Shown here: positions 45,933 through 53,755 of the stretch, in pieces
Numbering within the stretch: position 1 is the first letter of the stretch
Layout: the number at the start of each line of letters is the position of its first letter
From: Candidatus Falkowbacteria bacterium
GTDB taxonomy: Bacteria; Patescibacteriota; Patescibacteriia; Patescibacteriales; WJLG01
Reading direction: 5' to 3'
NCBI GenBank assembly: GCA_963747695.1
Contig: CAVVFV010000008.1
Location: 75,592 to 139,591 of the forward strand
Length of the DNA stretch: 64,000 nucleotides
The notes under the pieces: model-generated
Database searches by the model: none
Told to the model about the DNA's origin: nothing
What the model saw: only the letters and a program-made list of their open reading frames with translations
Program-made: the position numbers and the translations under genes

Positions 45933-46034
45933 AAAGAGATAAGAGATAAGAGAGAACAAATAATTTGGATACATTTCGTTTTTTATGTTATAATAAAATA
46001 TAACAATTTCTTATCTCTTAATTCATATCTCTTA
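45933..46034 (+). promoter_or_regulatory. Hsp20 promoter region flanked by inverted TAAGAGATA / TATCTCTTA repeats (candidate operator)
   Basis: Left: AAAGAGATA (45933..45941), TAAGAGATA (45940..45948), TAAGAGAGA (45947..45955). Promoter: TTGGAT (45965..45970)-N18-TATAAT (45989..45994) with TG at 45986..45987. Right: TATCTCTTA at 46012..46020 and 46026..46034. ATG at 46048. Confidence 0.5.
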
Positions 46035-46047
46035 ACTTTATAAAATT

Positions 46048-46512
46048 ATGTCTTTTTTAAGCAAAATAAAGAAAAAAACCGAAGCGATCGACATCGAGGA
46101 AGAAGAGCGGATGCCAAAAAAATCGATCGAGGAAGATTCCACCGACCATCTGCAATTGGATGTGGATATCTATCAGACTTCTTCGAAGATCGTAGTTTAT
46201 GCGCCGATTTCGGGAGTGAAAACCGACAAGTTGGATATTTTTGTGGAAAGCGAGAATGACGTGATCACTATTTCCGGCAAAAAAGAAATTCCCAAAATGA
46301 TCAAGGATGAAGACGAAGAAAGGGAATATCTCTGCCAAGAGAATCGCTGGGGAGAGTTTTACCGCCAGATAATCCTTCCCGAAGAGATCAATGTCGCCAA
46401 GATCGAATCAATTATCGATAACGGTGTTTTAGTGTTGAAATTACCGCTGCTGCGCATCCAATCCAAAGGAAAAAAGCGGATCGAAGTGAAGGAAATGGAA
46501 GAAGAAGCGTAA
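46048..46512 (+). CDS. Small heat-shock protein, Hsp20/alpha-crystallin family (154 aa)
   Basis: LDVDIYQTSSKIVVYAPISGVKTDKLDIFVESENDVITISGKKE...RWGEFYRQIILPEEINVAKIESIIDNGVLVLKLP shows the typical alpha-crystallin domain pattern. Confidence 0.85.
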   Translation: MSFLSKIKKKTEAIDIEEEERMPKKSIEEDSTDHLQLDVDIYQTSSKIVVYAPISGVKTDKLDIFVESENDVITISGKKEIPKMIKDEDEEREYLCQENRWGEFYRQIILPEEINVAKIESIIDNGVLVLKLPLLRIQSKGKKRIEVKEMEEEA

Positions 46513-46550
46513 TAAAATTTTCAATTTTAAATTTTCAATTTTCAAATTTT

Positions 46551-48314
46551 TTGAAAAAAATGCTTAAGATTTTATCTAAAGTTTTACTTAGCCTGTTGTT
46601 TTTATCGTTTACGATCGGTTTTTTGCCGGCTAATGACGCGGCGGCGGCCGGGGCGATTTTGTATTTGTCGCCGGCTAGCGGCACCTATAGCGTTGGTGAT
46701 GTTTTTAGCGTCAGCGTCCTTTTGAATAGCGGTGGCGGGAGCGGCGTTAATGCTTCCGACGGGAACATCAAATTCGATAATGATTATCTAGCGGTTAAAG
46801 ACATTTCCAAAAATAATTCGGTTTTCAGCCTTTGGACGGCTGACCCGACTTTTTCCAATACCCAGGGGACGATAACTTATTCCGGCGGAGCCCCGACGGC
46901 TTACAAGGGCAGTTCAGGCGTGATCATTTCCGTTTCTTTCGTGGTGTTAAAGGCGGGTTCCGGCGGGGCCACTTTTTCCTCGGCGAGCGCCTTGGCCGCT
47001 GATGGGCAGGGGACCAATATCTTGGCCAATACTTCCGGCGCCAAATATACTTTTAACGCCAAGGCCCCGGCCGCTAACAATCCGACTTCGACCGCCCCGG
47101 CAACCGGCAATCAGCCGGCCCCGGCAGCCTCGAGCGGCGCCCTGCCGCCTCAGCCCGAAATAAATTCAGTTACTCATCCCGATCAAAATGTTTGGTATGC
47201 CAATAATAATCCGGAATTAGGATGGAAGCTCTTGCCTGATATTTCCGCGGTAAGTTTTTCGCTCGACCAAAGTTCTTCAACCGACCCGGGCAAGAAATCG
47301 GACGGTATCATCGAAACCAAAACCTATTCGCTGGTGCCGGATGGCCGCAACTTTTTTCACATAAAATTTCAAAACAAGACCGGCTGGGGTCCGGTCGGTA
47401 ACCGTCAAATCTTGATCGATGTCACCCCGCCGACTGATTTCACGATCAATATCGATAACGGCAACGATCCCACCAACCCGACGCCGAAATTGTCCTTTAC
47501 CACGGTTGACGTCACGAGCGGCATCGCTTCTTATAAAATAAATTTAGACGGTGAGATCAAGGATTATCCGACCGCCGACTACCTTAAGAATCCTTACCAA
47601 CTGCCGGTCCTTAAGCCGGGTACGCATCAGTTGGTCATCACTGTTACCGATCAGGCGGGTAATGCCGCCAGCTCTTCCCAGCAATTTACCGTTGAGCCTT
47701 TGAAAGCGCCGGTGATCACCGATATGCCCAGTTCGATCAATCAAGGCGCGGAATTGGCGATCCAGGGAACCTCTTTTTATCCCAACGCGACAATCAACAT
47801 TTTCATTTCCCCGGATAATAAGAATATCAAAACTTTGCAAACCAAAACCGATTCCGACGGCAATTGGACTTATTTCCAGCATAACGAATTGACCAAGAAT
47901 AGTTATCAGGTTTGGGCGCAGGTGATTGACAGCCGCGGCGCGCAAAGCGCGGAAAGCGCGCGCAAGCCATTGTTGGTCCAGACGCCTTCTTTGGTCAGCG
48001 CTTATGGTTTCTGGATCATTCTGTTCCTCGGCTTGGTGATTCTTTTCCTTATCCTCTTGATGATCTACGTGAAGAAGCAGAATAATTTGAGAAGAGACCG
48101 GGCGATCAGGGAATCGCAGGAATTGGAAAAGAGATTGAATGAGATCTTCGCCGCTCTCAAGGAAGAGGTCAATGAATTGATGGAGATGGCCGACAAGAAA
48201 GCCGGTTACTCCGAGTCGGAAAAGCGCGTCCGCGACAAGATCAATGAGGCCTTGGATATTTCCCAGGAATTCATCAGCAAGGAGATCAAAGATGTGGAAA
48301 AAGAGATTGAATAA
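46551..48314 (+). CDS. Cohesin-domain protein, C-terminally membrane anchored with a cytoplasmic coiled-coil tail (587 aa)
   Basis: Signal peptide LSKVLLSLLFLSFTIGFLPANDAAAA. Cohesin-like module, then P/A/T linker, then three beta-sandwich-like domains. TM FWIILFLGLVILFLILLMIYV, then a K/E/R-rich tail. The start is TTG 46551 or ATG 46560. Confidence 0.8.
   Translation: MKKMLKILSKVLLSLLFLSFTIGFLPANDAAAAGAILYLSPASGTYSVGDVFSVSVLLNSGGGSGVNASDGNIKFDNDYLAVKDISKNNSVFSLWTADPTFSNTQGTITYSGGAPTAYKGSSGVIISVSFVVLKAGSGGATFSSASALAADGQGTNILANTSGAKYTFNAKAPAANNPTSTAPATGNQPAPAASSGALPPQPEINSVTHPDQNVWYANNNPELGWKLLPDISAVSFSLDQSSSTDPGKKSDGIIETKTYSLVPDGRNFFHIKFQNKTGWGPVGNRQILIDVTPPTDFTINIDNGNDPTNPTPKLSFTTVDVTSGIASYKINLDGEIKDYPTADYLKNPYQLPVLKPGTHQLVITVTDQAGNAASSSQQFTVEPLKAPVITDMPSSINQGAELAIQGTSFYPNATINIFISPDNKNIKTLQTKTDSDGNWTYFQHNELTKNSYQVWAQVIDSRGAQSAESARKPLLVQTPSLVSAYGFWIILFLGLVILFLILLMIYVKKQNNLRRDRAIRESQELEKRLNEIFAALKEEVNELMEMADKKAGYSESEKRVRDKINEALDISQEFISKEIKDVEKEIE
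46647..47060 (+). other. Cohesin-like domain
   Basis: AILYLSPASGTYSVGDVFSVSVLLNSGGGSGVNASDGNIKFDNDYLAVKDISKNNSVFSLWTADPTFSNTQGTITYSGGAP...VISVSFVVLKAGSGGATF. This matches the pattern I associate with non-cellulosomal cohesin modules (l.l.P......G..f.v.v.......v.a.d..i.fD...L.v..i). Confidence 0.6.
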
Positions 48315-48378
48315 AGGCAAAATAACCTGTCCGAAATGAGTAGTTTTCCACCTTGCTAATAAATAGCTAATCATAGAT

Positions 48379-48418
48379 AAAAAAGAACGAGAAGTTAACC
48401 ACTTTTCGTTCTTTTTTT
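48379..48418 (+). terminator. Rho-independent terminator after the cohesin gene
   Basis: AAAAAAGAACGA (48379..48390) pairs with TCGTTCTTTTTT (48406..48417). The core 8-bp stem is AAGAACGA/TCGTTCTT, the loop is 15 nt, and a T7 run follows. Confidence 0.75.
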
Positions 48419-48431
48419 GACGGTAAAACTG

Positions 48432-48440
48432 TGATATAAT
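48432..48440 (+). promoter_or_regulatory. Candidate extended -10 element TGaTATAAT upstream of the second giant gene
   Basis: TG at 48432..48433 and TATAAT at 48435..48440. TTGACG at 48417..48422 is only 12 nt upstream, which is poor spacing. It lies ~200 nt upstream of ATG 48637. Confidence 0.35.
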
Positions 48441-48636
48441 TTAAGATGCCAGACTGTACGCTTTTGAGCGGAATTTTTATGTTTGAAGTAGCAAACTTTA
48501 AGAGATTAGTTCGTTAAAATATAATCCGAATTCTATTAATAATATTCTAAGACTACGAGTTCTGCGAACCGCACAATGGTTTGTGGCGATGTTCGTAGTA
48601 TTCGGATATTTCGTAGGTTCGGATTATGTTTGTCCC

Positions 48637-51600
48637 ATGCCCAGAATAAAAAAAATTGCCAGCAGTCCGTTGTTCAGATTAGGATTTTTAATTTTGTTTT
48701 TAATCCTGTCTTTAGGCTACTTGAGACATAATTTTTCCGCCCGGGCTTCTGATGAGAGTATCAAATTATATCCGCAAAGTTTCAGTTTGGAAACCAATGC
48801 CGCTGATCTTGGCAATCCGGCGATCAAGGGCGGTTCGCTGTGGCAAAATCCGGAACAAGCCTTGAATGCTGAAACCGATCAAACGGCCGATTTTTCCGCA
48901 TTCACTGAAGATAATTCGGCAACTTTGGTTTTGGGAGCGGGAAGCTTGCTTAAAGTTGCCGCACCCAATGAAGAAAATCCTGCGACATCCAGCATCAATG
49001 ATGGATCAGACATAGCGACAACCTCCGGAGCGGCAAGCGAAGAGTCCCCGGTTGGTTCGGTGCCTGCCGCGCCGGATTCGGTTCCGGCCGATCAGGGTTC
49101 AGTGGTGAATCCGTCCGATTCCGGTTCATCCGGAGATGCGGCCGGTTCGGCAGGATCTTCCGCCGGCGCTGATGACCTGGCCGCGCCGGAAGTGCCGGTC
49201 ATTCAAAATCATCTGCCTGAAGCTAATGATGTTTCGCCGGAAAATTCGCCCAGTCAGCCGACCGATAGCGCCCCGTCAACTTCAGCAGATGATTCCGCCC
49301 CATCTTCTCCAGCCGCGCCGGCACCAGCTGCAGCTGATCCCGGAACCGGCGACAGTTCGGACTCGGGTCCGGTTTCGCTACTATCTAATTTTAAAATCGC
49401 CGCCGGAGAGATTGGAAAGTTTTGGCATAATCTGACTTCCGCTTCATTGGCGCTCGCGGAAAACGCGATTGGCGAGGCAACTTCTTCGCCCAACTCGGAT
49501 AATTCTTCGGCGGCGAATCCGGCCGAACTTAAAGACAGTATAATTTTTTCGGATTTTAACCTTGACAGCTATTCGCCGGAAAGCGAAATAACCAATGTCC
49601 AGCTCAGATTGTCGCTCTCGGCCAAGACTACCTTCAACTTTGATCATCTGTTAGTGGAATATTCCACCGGCGGCGATTGGCAGACGGCCGGTGATCTCTT
49701 CCTTAAAGGGAACGTCAGCAACCAGGCTAACGGCGGCTATTTCCTTTATGCCTTGCCGATTTTCAAATCCTGGGACGATATTAATAATTTGCGGATCAGA
49801 ATCAGCTATCAAAATAGCGAGCTTTCCGCCGCCGATCTGGCCGGTAAGGCGGCCAAGATTTATCTGGACGGGGTCTGGCTGGAAGTCGATTACAACCAAG
49901 GCGCGCTAACCCCGAAAAGCAAACAGGAGCTTACCGGTTTGCCCGGCGCGGAAGAACATTTTTTCAATCAGGCGCCATTGACCACGGACGGCAAGACGAT
50001 CGATTTCAATTATGGCGATACGACCGACGGCGAGAACTTGATCATCAAAACTGACCAGCAAAACTATACCGGCCTTACCGGCGCGCCGGTTTATTTCAGC
50101 GTGACCAACCAAGGATCGCAAACGGAAAATTTCGGCTTGCAAACTTATTTTCCGGCGGCCGACGGCAATATGACCGGTTTGGAAAAATTAAGCCGCCGAG
50201 CCGTAACTGCGGAAAATCCGACCCTGGGCGACCGCATTTACTATTGCGCGGCCGGTTGGCAAGCCGCAAGTTCGGCGATAACCGCGACAAGTTCTTCGAC
50301 TCAGGCGACCAGTTCGACCGATCAAGCCACCAGTTCTGCCAACGAGGCGACAAGTTCCACGGATGAGGCGAATAGTTCTGCTCTGCCGGCCACCGATTCC
50401 ACAAATGAAGATGCCAGTTCTACCGCAGCGGTGACCAGCTCCGCTCAGCTTTATTCTTGCCCGGAAAAAAATATCAGCCGGAAGTGCGACTCGCTCTCCA
50501 ATGATCAAAAAAAATGCCAGCAAAACCAGGTGATCATCGGCAGCTCCGCGACAATGGAAAACGTCGATCAATGGAATGCCAGTCAGGTCAACGCCGGCCA
50601 ACTGCCTGATCAGCGGAATCTCTGGCAGAAAATATGGGGCCTTGGTCCGCGCCGCAAAGCAGTACCGGGCGATTTTGTGCCTCGCGCCAGTTCGGACGCC
50701 GGACAATTCAGCATCCAACCGGGCGAAACTGAATATTTTAAAATGAATATTTCTTTCCCGATCGAATCTAAGGGCGAATTTTATCTCGAGACCGTCGGCG
50801 ATAAATCAGGCTATGGTTTGCTCGATCCGTGGTGGAATGCCAGCTGGGGTTACGAAGTCCCGGTGACTGTCACCTATGCCGGTTCCAATCCGTTGAGTAA
50901 TTTCCAAGTCGCGGTCACTATCAACACCGCCGCTTTGATCACTGCGGGAAAAATGAAAAGTGATTGCTCGGATATCGCTTTTGCCGATACCAATTTGTAC
51001 AACGACGCCAGTGAACTCTATTATTATTTGGAACCGGGGACTTGCAATAAAACTTATACCAAAGTTTGGGTGAAGATCCCTTCGATCACGGCCTCCAAAA
51101 CTATTTATCTTTTTTACGGCAACAGTTCCGCCACTTCCTATTCGAGCGGCGCCAATACCTTTGATTATTTTAATGATTTCGAATCGAGTGTTGATTTCAA
51201 TGCCGGCTTATTAAATCCGACCCGCACCACCAAAGCGGAAAGATACGGCAGTTACGGCTTGAACGGCAACGGTGGAAATAACAGCCGCTTGGAAACGATC
51301 AGCGGCTCGGCTTCGGGCAGAAATTTGATTTGGGAAGCTTGGATAAAAGGGGAGTCGAGCTCCACTATTTCTTCTTTGGCCGGCATCGCTATCGGCCATA
51401 CCGCGGGAAACACCACCGCCGGTTATCAGGCGGTAATCAGTAAAGTCGCCACCCATTATCTGGCGATTACCAAAGATTACGCCACCTCAACTGCGCTGGC
51501 TTTTTCCAATACAACGGTCATTGCCGACAACACTTGGTATTTTATGCAATTAAGCTGGCGTTCGACTAACGTGATCTGGGCCCAGGTTTTCGCCGGATCA

Positions 51601-53652
51601 ACCACTACGGCGCCGATTTTAAATTGTTCAACGACTGACGCTTCTTATACCAACGGCGAGTATGGCGTCGGAGTCCGCCAGATCGGCGATTGGGAAAATT
51701 ACCGCGTCCGCAAATATGCTTCCAGCACCCCTTCCATGGCGCTCGGTTCGGAAACGACGATCACTAATCATGTGCCGGCCAACCCCTCCTCGTTGCAGCA
51801 ATATCCGCTGACCACTTCCTCGCCCATCGGTCTCGGAGCCTGGACCACGCAAAGCACGGTGAATCTGGTGGCGACTTCGTCGGATAAAGATTCCGATCCT
51901 TTCGTGACTTATTATCAGCTGCAGCCCAGCGGTACCGGGTATACTACCTCGACCTCGACGCCGACTTCATTTTGCGATAACAATACCGCCTATTCTTCTT
52001 GCAGCAATAAGATCTGGGCCAACGCCACTACTACCTCCGGCTGGGCGGCTAGTTCCTCCAGTTATAAATATCGCCAGCCGATCATTGTTCAAATGGGGCA
52101 GGTCGCCGGCGCCCTTACCAGTTTTCCGATTTATTTGGATATGGCTCGGCTGGGCACCAGCAATCATTTCTGGTCGAACACCAAAAGGAATAGCGATGGC
52201 GGAGATATCCTGATCACCAATTCCACTGGTACCAGGTTGCCGGTCGAGGTAGTTGCTATTTCCACCTCCAGCAAAACCGGTGAAGTTTATTTCAAGGCTG
52301 ATGCTATCTCTTCATCCTCGAATATAACTTTCTATCTTTACTATGGCTCTTCAACCGCTTCGCAGCCGGCTTCGTCCACTACTTACGGCGCCCGCAGCGT
52401 CTGGTCCTCGGGCTACGCCGCCGTCTATCATTTCGGCAATATGGGTACGAAAGATTCCACCGGTCAGTTCAACGGGACAAACAGTATTACTTCCGGTACC
52501 AGTACTCCGTCCGCCGCTACCACGACGGCCATAATGGGCGGCGCCCGGCAGTTTTACGGCAATTCCTATATCAATCTGGGTCCCTCGCTTAAATTAAGGG
52601 CGCAGATGACGCTGTCCGCCTGGAGCCGGCCGGCGACGGGAAATGCCAATTGGGCCAAAATAATCGGCAAGATGGATCCGACCCACACCGCTCCTTTCAT
52701 TGTCTACGGTTTGACTTACGATGCCTCCAATCCGGATTTGCCCCAGGTAGAAATGACCGCCTCCACGACGAATACTCAGGAAGTTACTAAAGACACGACC
52801 GTTCCTACCAACAACGCCTATTTCTGGCTGGCGGGAACTTACGATGGCGCGCACCTGTTAGCTTATTACAATGGCCTCCAGCAAGGAACCACCGCTTTTA
52901 CCAATTCAATCGCCGACAATACTCAGCCGACCGAACTCGGTATGGCCTATTACGGCGGCGGCGGCGCACAAACCGACTATTACACGGGCGTGATGGACGA
53001 AGTCCGGATCCAGACGGTCGCCCGTTCGGGCAAATGGCTGCTCACCGAATATCATAACCAAAGCAGTCCCGGAACTTTCTATTCCACTTCTTCCTCCGAA
53101 GATTTTTATCTGACCAATAGCAAGAAAGCGGTAATGATCCCGAGCGTGCCCGACTCCACCTACCCCGCCGGATATAAATGGGAATCGATGGCCTGCGATT
53201 CGTGGGGCGGCTGTTCCAACTGGGCCATATTTAATTCTTCGCTTCCGAATTTTATGGTTGACTCCAATGCGCCGACTTTCTCCAACACTTTAGGTCTGCT
53301 TGCCTCCACCACCAATTCCATCAAACTGAGTTTCCCCACGGCGGCGACGGAAATAAATTTTAGCCAATATAAACTTTATTACCGCCTCGGTTCGACGACG
53401 CCGATCCATGAAACCGATTCGCTTTGGAGTTCGAGCTCGGATGGCAATCTCGGTTCGCGCACCTTTAACGGTAAGTCTTCGACCACCATTACCGGACTGG
53501 CTACGAACACGGTTTATAGTTTTTCACTTTGGGCTTATGATCTAGCCGGCCATAAAGCCAGTACGACTTTGGTTTGGGAGCGCACTGACCGTATCCCCAC
53601 GGTAACATTCAATTCGGCCGGGGAAAAAAAGAGACGCTTCGGGAAAAGTTAA
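48637..53652 (+). CDS. N-terminal fragment of the second giant gene (track ORF from GTG 48583; likely start ATG 48637)
   Basis: MPRIKKIASSPLFRLGFLILFLILSLGYL is the signal anchor. It is followed by an S/A/P/D-rich low-complexity region, a canonical DUF2341-like domain (WWNASWGYEVPVTVTY...SDIAFADTN...YYYLE...VWVKIPSITASKTIYLFYGN), then cassette b, FN3, and the start of a C module. The frame ends at TAA 53650..53652 just after the A7 run. Confidence 0.8.
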   Translation: MPRIKKIASSPLFRLGFLILFLILSLGYLRHNFSARASDESIKLYPQSFSLETNAADLGNPAIKGGSLWQNPEQALNAETDQTADFSAFTEDNSATLVLGAGSLLKVAAPNEENPATSSINDGSDIATTSGAASEESPVGSVPAAPDSVPADQGSVVNPSDSGSSGDAAGSAGSSAGADDLAAPEVPVIQNHLPEANDVSPENSPSQPTDSAPSTSADDSAPSSPAAPAPAAADPGTGDSSDSGPVSLLSNFKIAAGEIGKFWHNLTSASLALAENAIGEATSSPNSDNSSAANPAELKDSIIFSDFNLDSYSPESEITNVQLRLSLSAKTTFNFDHLLVEYSTGGDWQTAGDLFLKGNVSNQANGGYFLYALPIFKSWDDINNLRIRISYQNSELSAADLAGKAAKIYLDGVWLEVDYNQGALTPKSKQELTGLPGAEEHFFNQAPLTTDGKTIDFNYGDTTDGENLIIKTDQQNYTGLTGAPVYFSVTNQGSQTENFGLQTYFPAADGNMTGLEKLSRRAVTAENPTLGDRIYYCAAGWQAASSAITATSSSTQATSSTDQATSSANEATSSTDEANSSALPATDSTNEDASSTAAVTSSAQLYSCPEKNISRKCDSLSNDQKKCQQNQVIIGSSATMENVDQWNASQVNAGQLPDQRNLWQKIWGLGPRRKAVPGDFVPRASSDAGQFSIQPGETEYFKMNISFPIESKGEFYLETVGDKSGYGLLDPWWNASWGYEVPVTVTYAGSNPLSNFQVAVTINTAALITAGKMKSDCSDIAFADTNLYNDASELYYYLEPGTCNKTYTKVWVKIPSITASKTIYLFYGNSSATSYSSGANTFDYFNDFESSVDFNAGLLNPTRTTKAERYGSYGLNGNGGNNSRLETISGSASGRNLIWEAWIKGESSSTISSLAGIAIGHTAGNTTAGYQAVISKVATHYLAITKDYATSTALAFSNTTVIADNTWYFMQLSWRSTNVIWAQVFAGSTTTAPILNCSTTDASYTNGEYGVGVRQIGDWENYRVRKYASSTPSMALGSETTITNHVPANPSSLQQYPLTTSSPIGLGAWTTQSTVNLVATSSDKDSDPFVTYYQLQPSGTGYTTSTSTPTSFCDNNTAYSSCSNKIWANATTTSGWAASSSSYKYRQPIIVQMGQVAGALTSFPIYLDMARLGTSNHFWSNTKRNSDGGDILITNSTGTRLPVEVVAISTSSKTGEVYFKADAISSSSNITFYLYYGSSTASQPASSTTYGARSVWSSGYAAVYHFGNMGTKDSTGQFNGTNSITSGTSTPSAATTTAIMGGARQFYGNSYINLGPSLKLRAQMTLSAWSRPATGNANWAKIIGKMDPTHTAPFIVYGLTYDASNPDLPQVEMTASTTNTQEVTKDTTVPTNNAYFWLAGTYDGAHLLAYYNGLQQGTTAFTNSIADNTQPTELGMAYYGGGGAQTDYYTGVMDEVRIQTVARSGKWLLTEYHNQSSPGTFYSTSSSEDFYLTNSKKAVMIPSVPDSTYPAGYKWESMACDSWGGCSNWAIFNSSLPNFMVDSNAPTFSNTLGLLASTTNSIKLSFPTAATEINFSQYKLYYRLGSTTPIHETDSLWSSSSDGNLGSRTFNGKSSTTITGLATNTVYSFSLWAYDLAGHKASTTLVWERTDRIPTVTFNSAGEKKRRFGKS
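50281..50385 (+). repeat. Imperfect 21-nt (7-aa) tandem repeat x ~5 encoding (Q/E)ATSS(T/A)(D/N)
   Basis: CAGGCGACCAGTTCGACCGAT / CAAGCCACCAGTTCTGCCAAC / GAGGCGACAAGTTCCACGGAT / GAGGCGAATAGTTCTGCTCTG (50302..50385), preceded by a degenerate unit. Confidence 0.7.
50830..51755 (+). other. DUF2341-like domain + concanavalin-A-like lectin domain (cassette a of the second giant gene)
   Basis: WWNASWGYEVPVTVTYAGSNPLSNFQVAVTINTAALITAGKMKSDCSDIAFADTNLYNDASELYYYLEPGTCNKTYTKVWVKIPSITASKTIYLFYGNSSA, followed by a ~190-aa beta-rich segment ending ...GEYGVGVRQIGDWENYRVRKY. Confidence 0.65.
52039..53085 (+). other. DUF2341-like + LamG-like cassette b (close paralogue of cassette 1 of the first giant gene)
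   Basis: FWSNTKRNSDGGDILITNSTGTRLPVEVVAISTSSKTGEVYFKADAISSSSNITFYLYYGSSTASQPASSTTYGARSVWSSGYAAVYHFGN compares with FWQHTKRNNDGGDIVITNAAGTRMPVEVVSISTSTAAGEVWFRADSISSTSPATYYLYYGSSTATQVASTTTYGARAVWSNGFAAVYHFGN. Confidence 0.7.
53624..53630 (+). other. A7 homopolymer carrying the frameshift that splits the second giant gene
   Basis: GCC GGG GAA AAA AAG AGA CGC TTC GGG AAA AGT TAA in frame 0. With six As the reading becomes GCC GGG GAA AAA AGA GAC GCT TCG GGA AAA GTT AAT TTT..., which continues the module. Confidence 0.85.
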
Positions 53653-53755
53653 TTTTAATTTCACCGTCAACGATCCGGATGGCGATAATTCGCTGACGGC
53701 GCAGGCGGATTATTATCTTGATGCCAATTGTCATACGACCAAATATAAGGCGACG

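Noticed and set aside
47544-48374. 276-aa antisense ORF opposite the 3' half of the cohesin gene
   Set aside because: It runs through the sense gene's terminator. It has no signal or motif, while the sense frame encodes Ig-like domains, a TM helix and a coiled coil.
53623-53631. Programmed -1 ribosomal frameshift at the dnaX-like heptamer A AAA AAG
   Set aside because: The heptamer is in the right phase, but the -1 frame terminates at a TGA about 60 nt downstream. The long downstream ORF is in the +1 frame, so -1 slippage cannot join the two halves.
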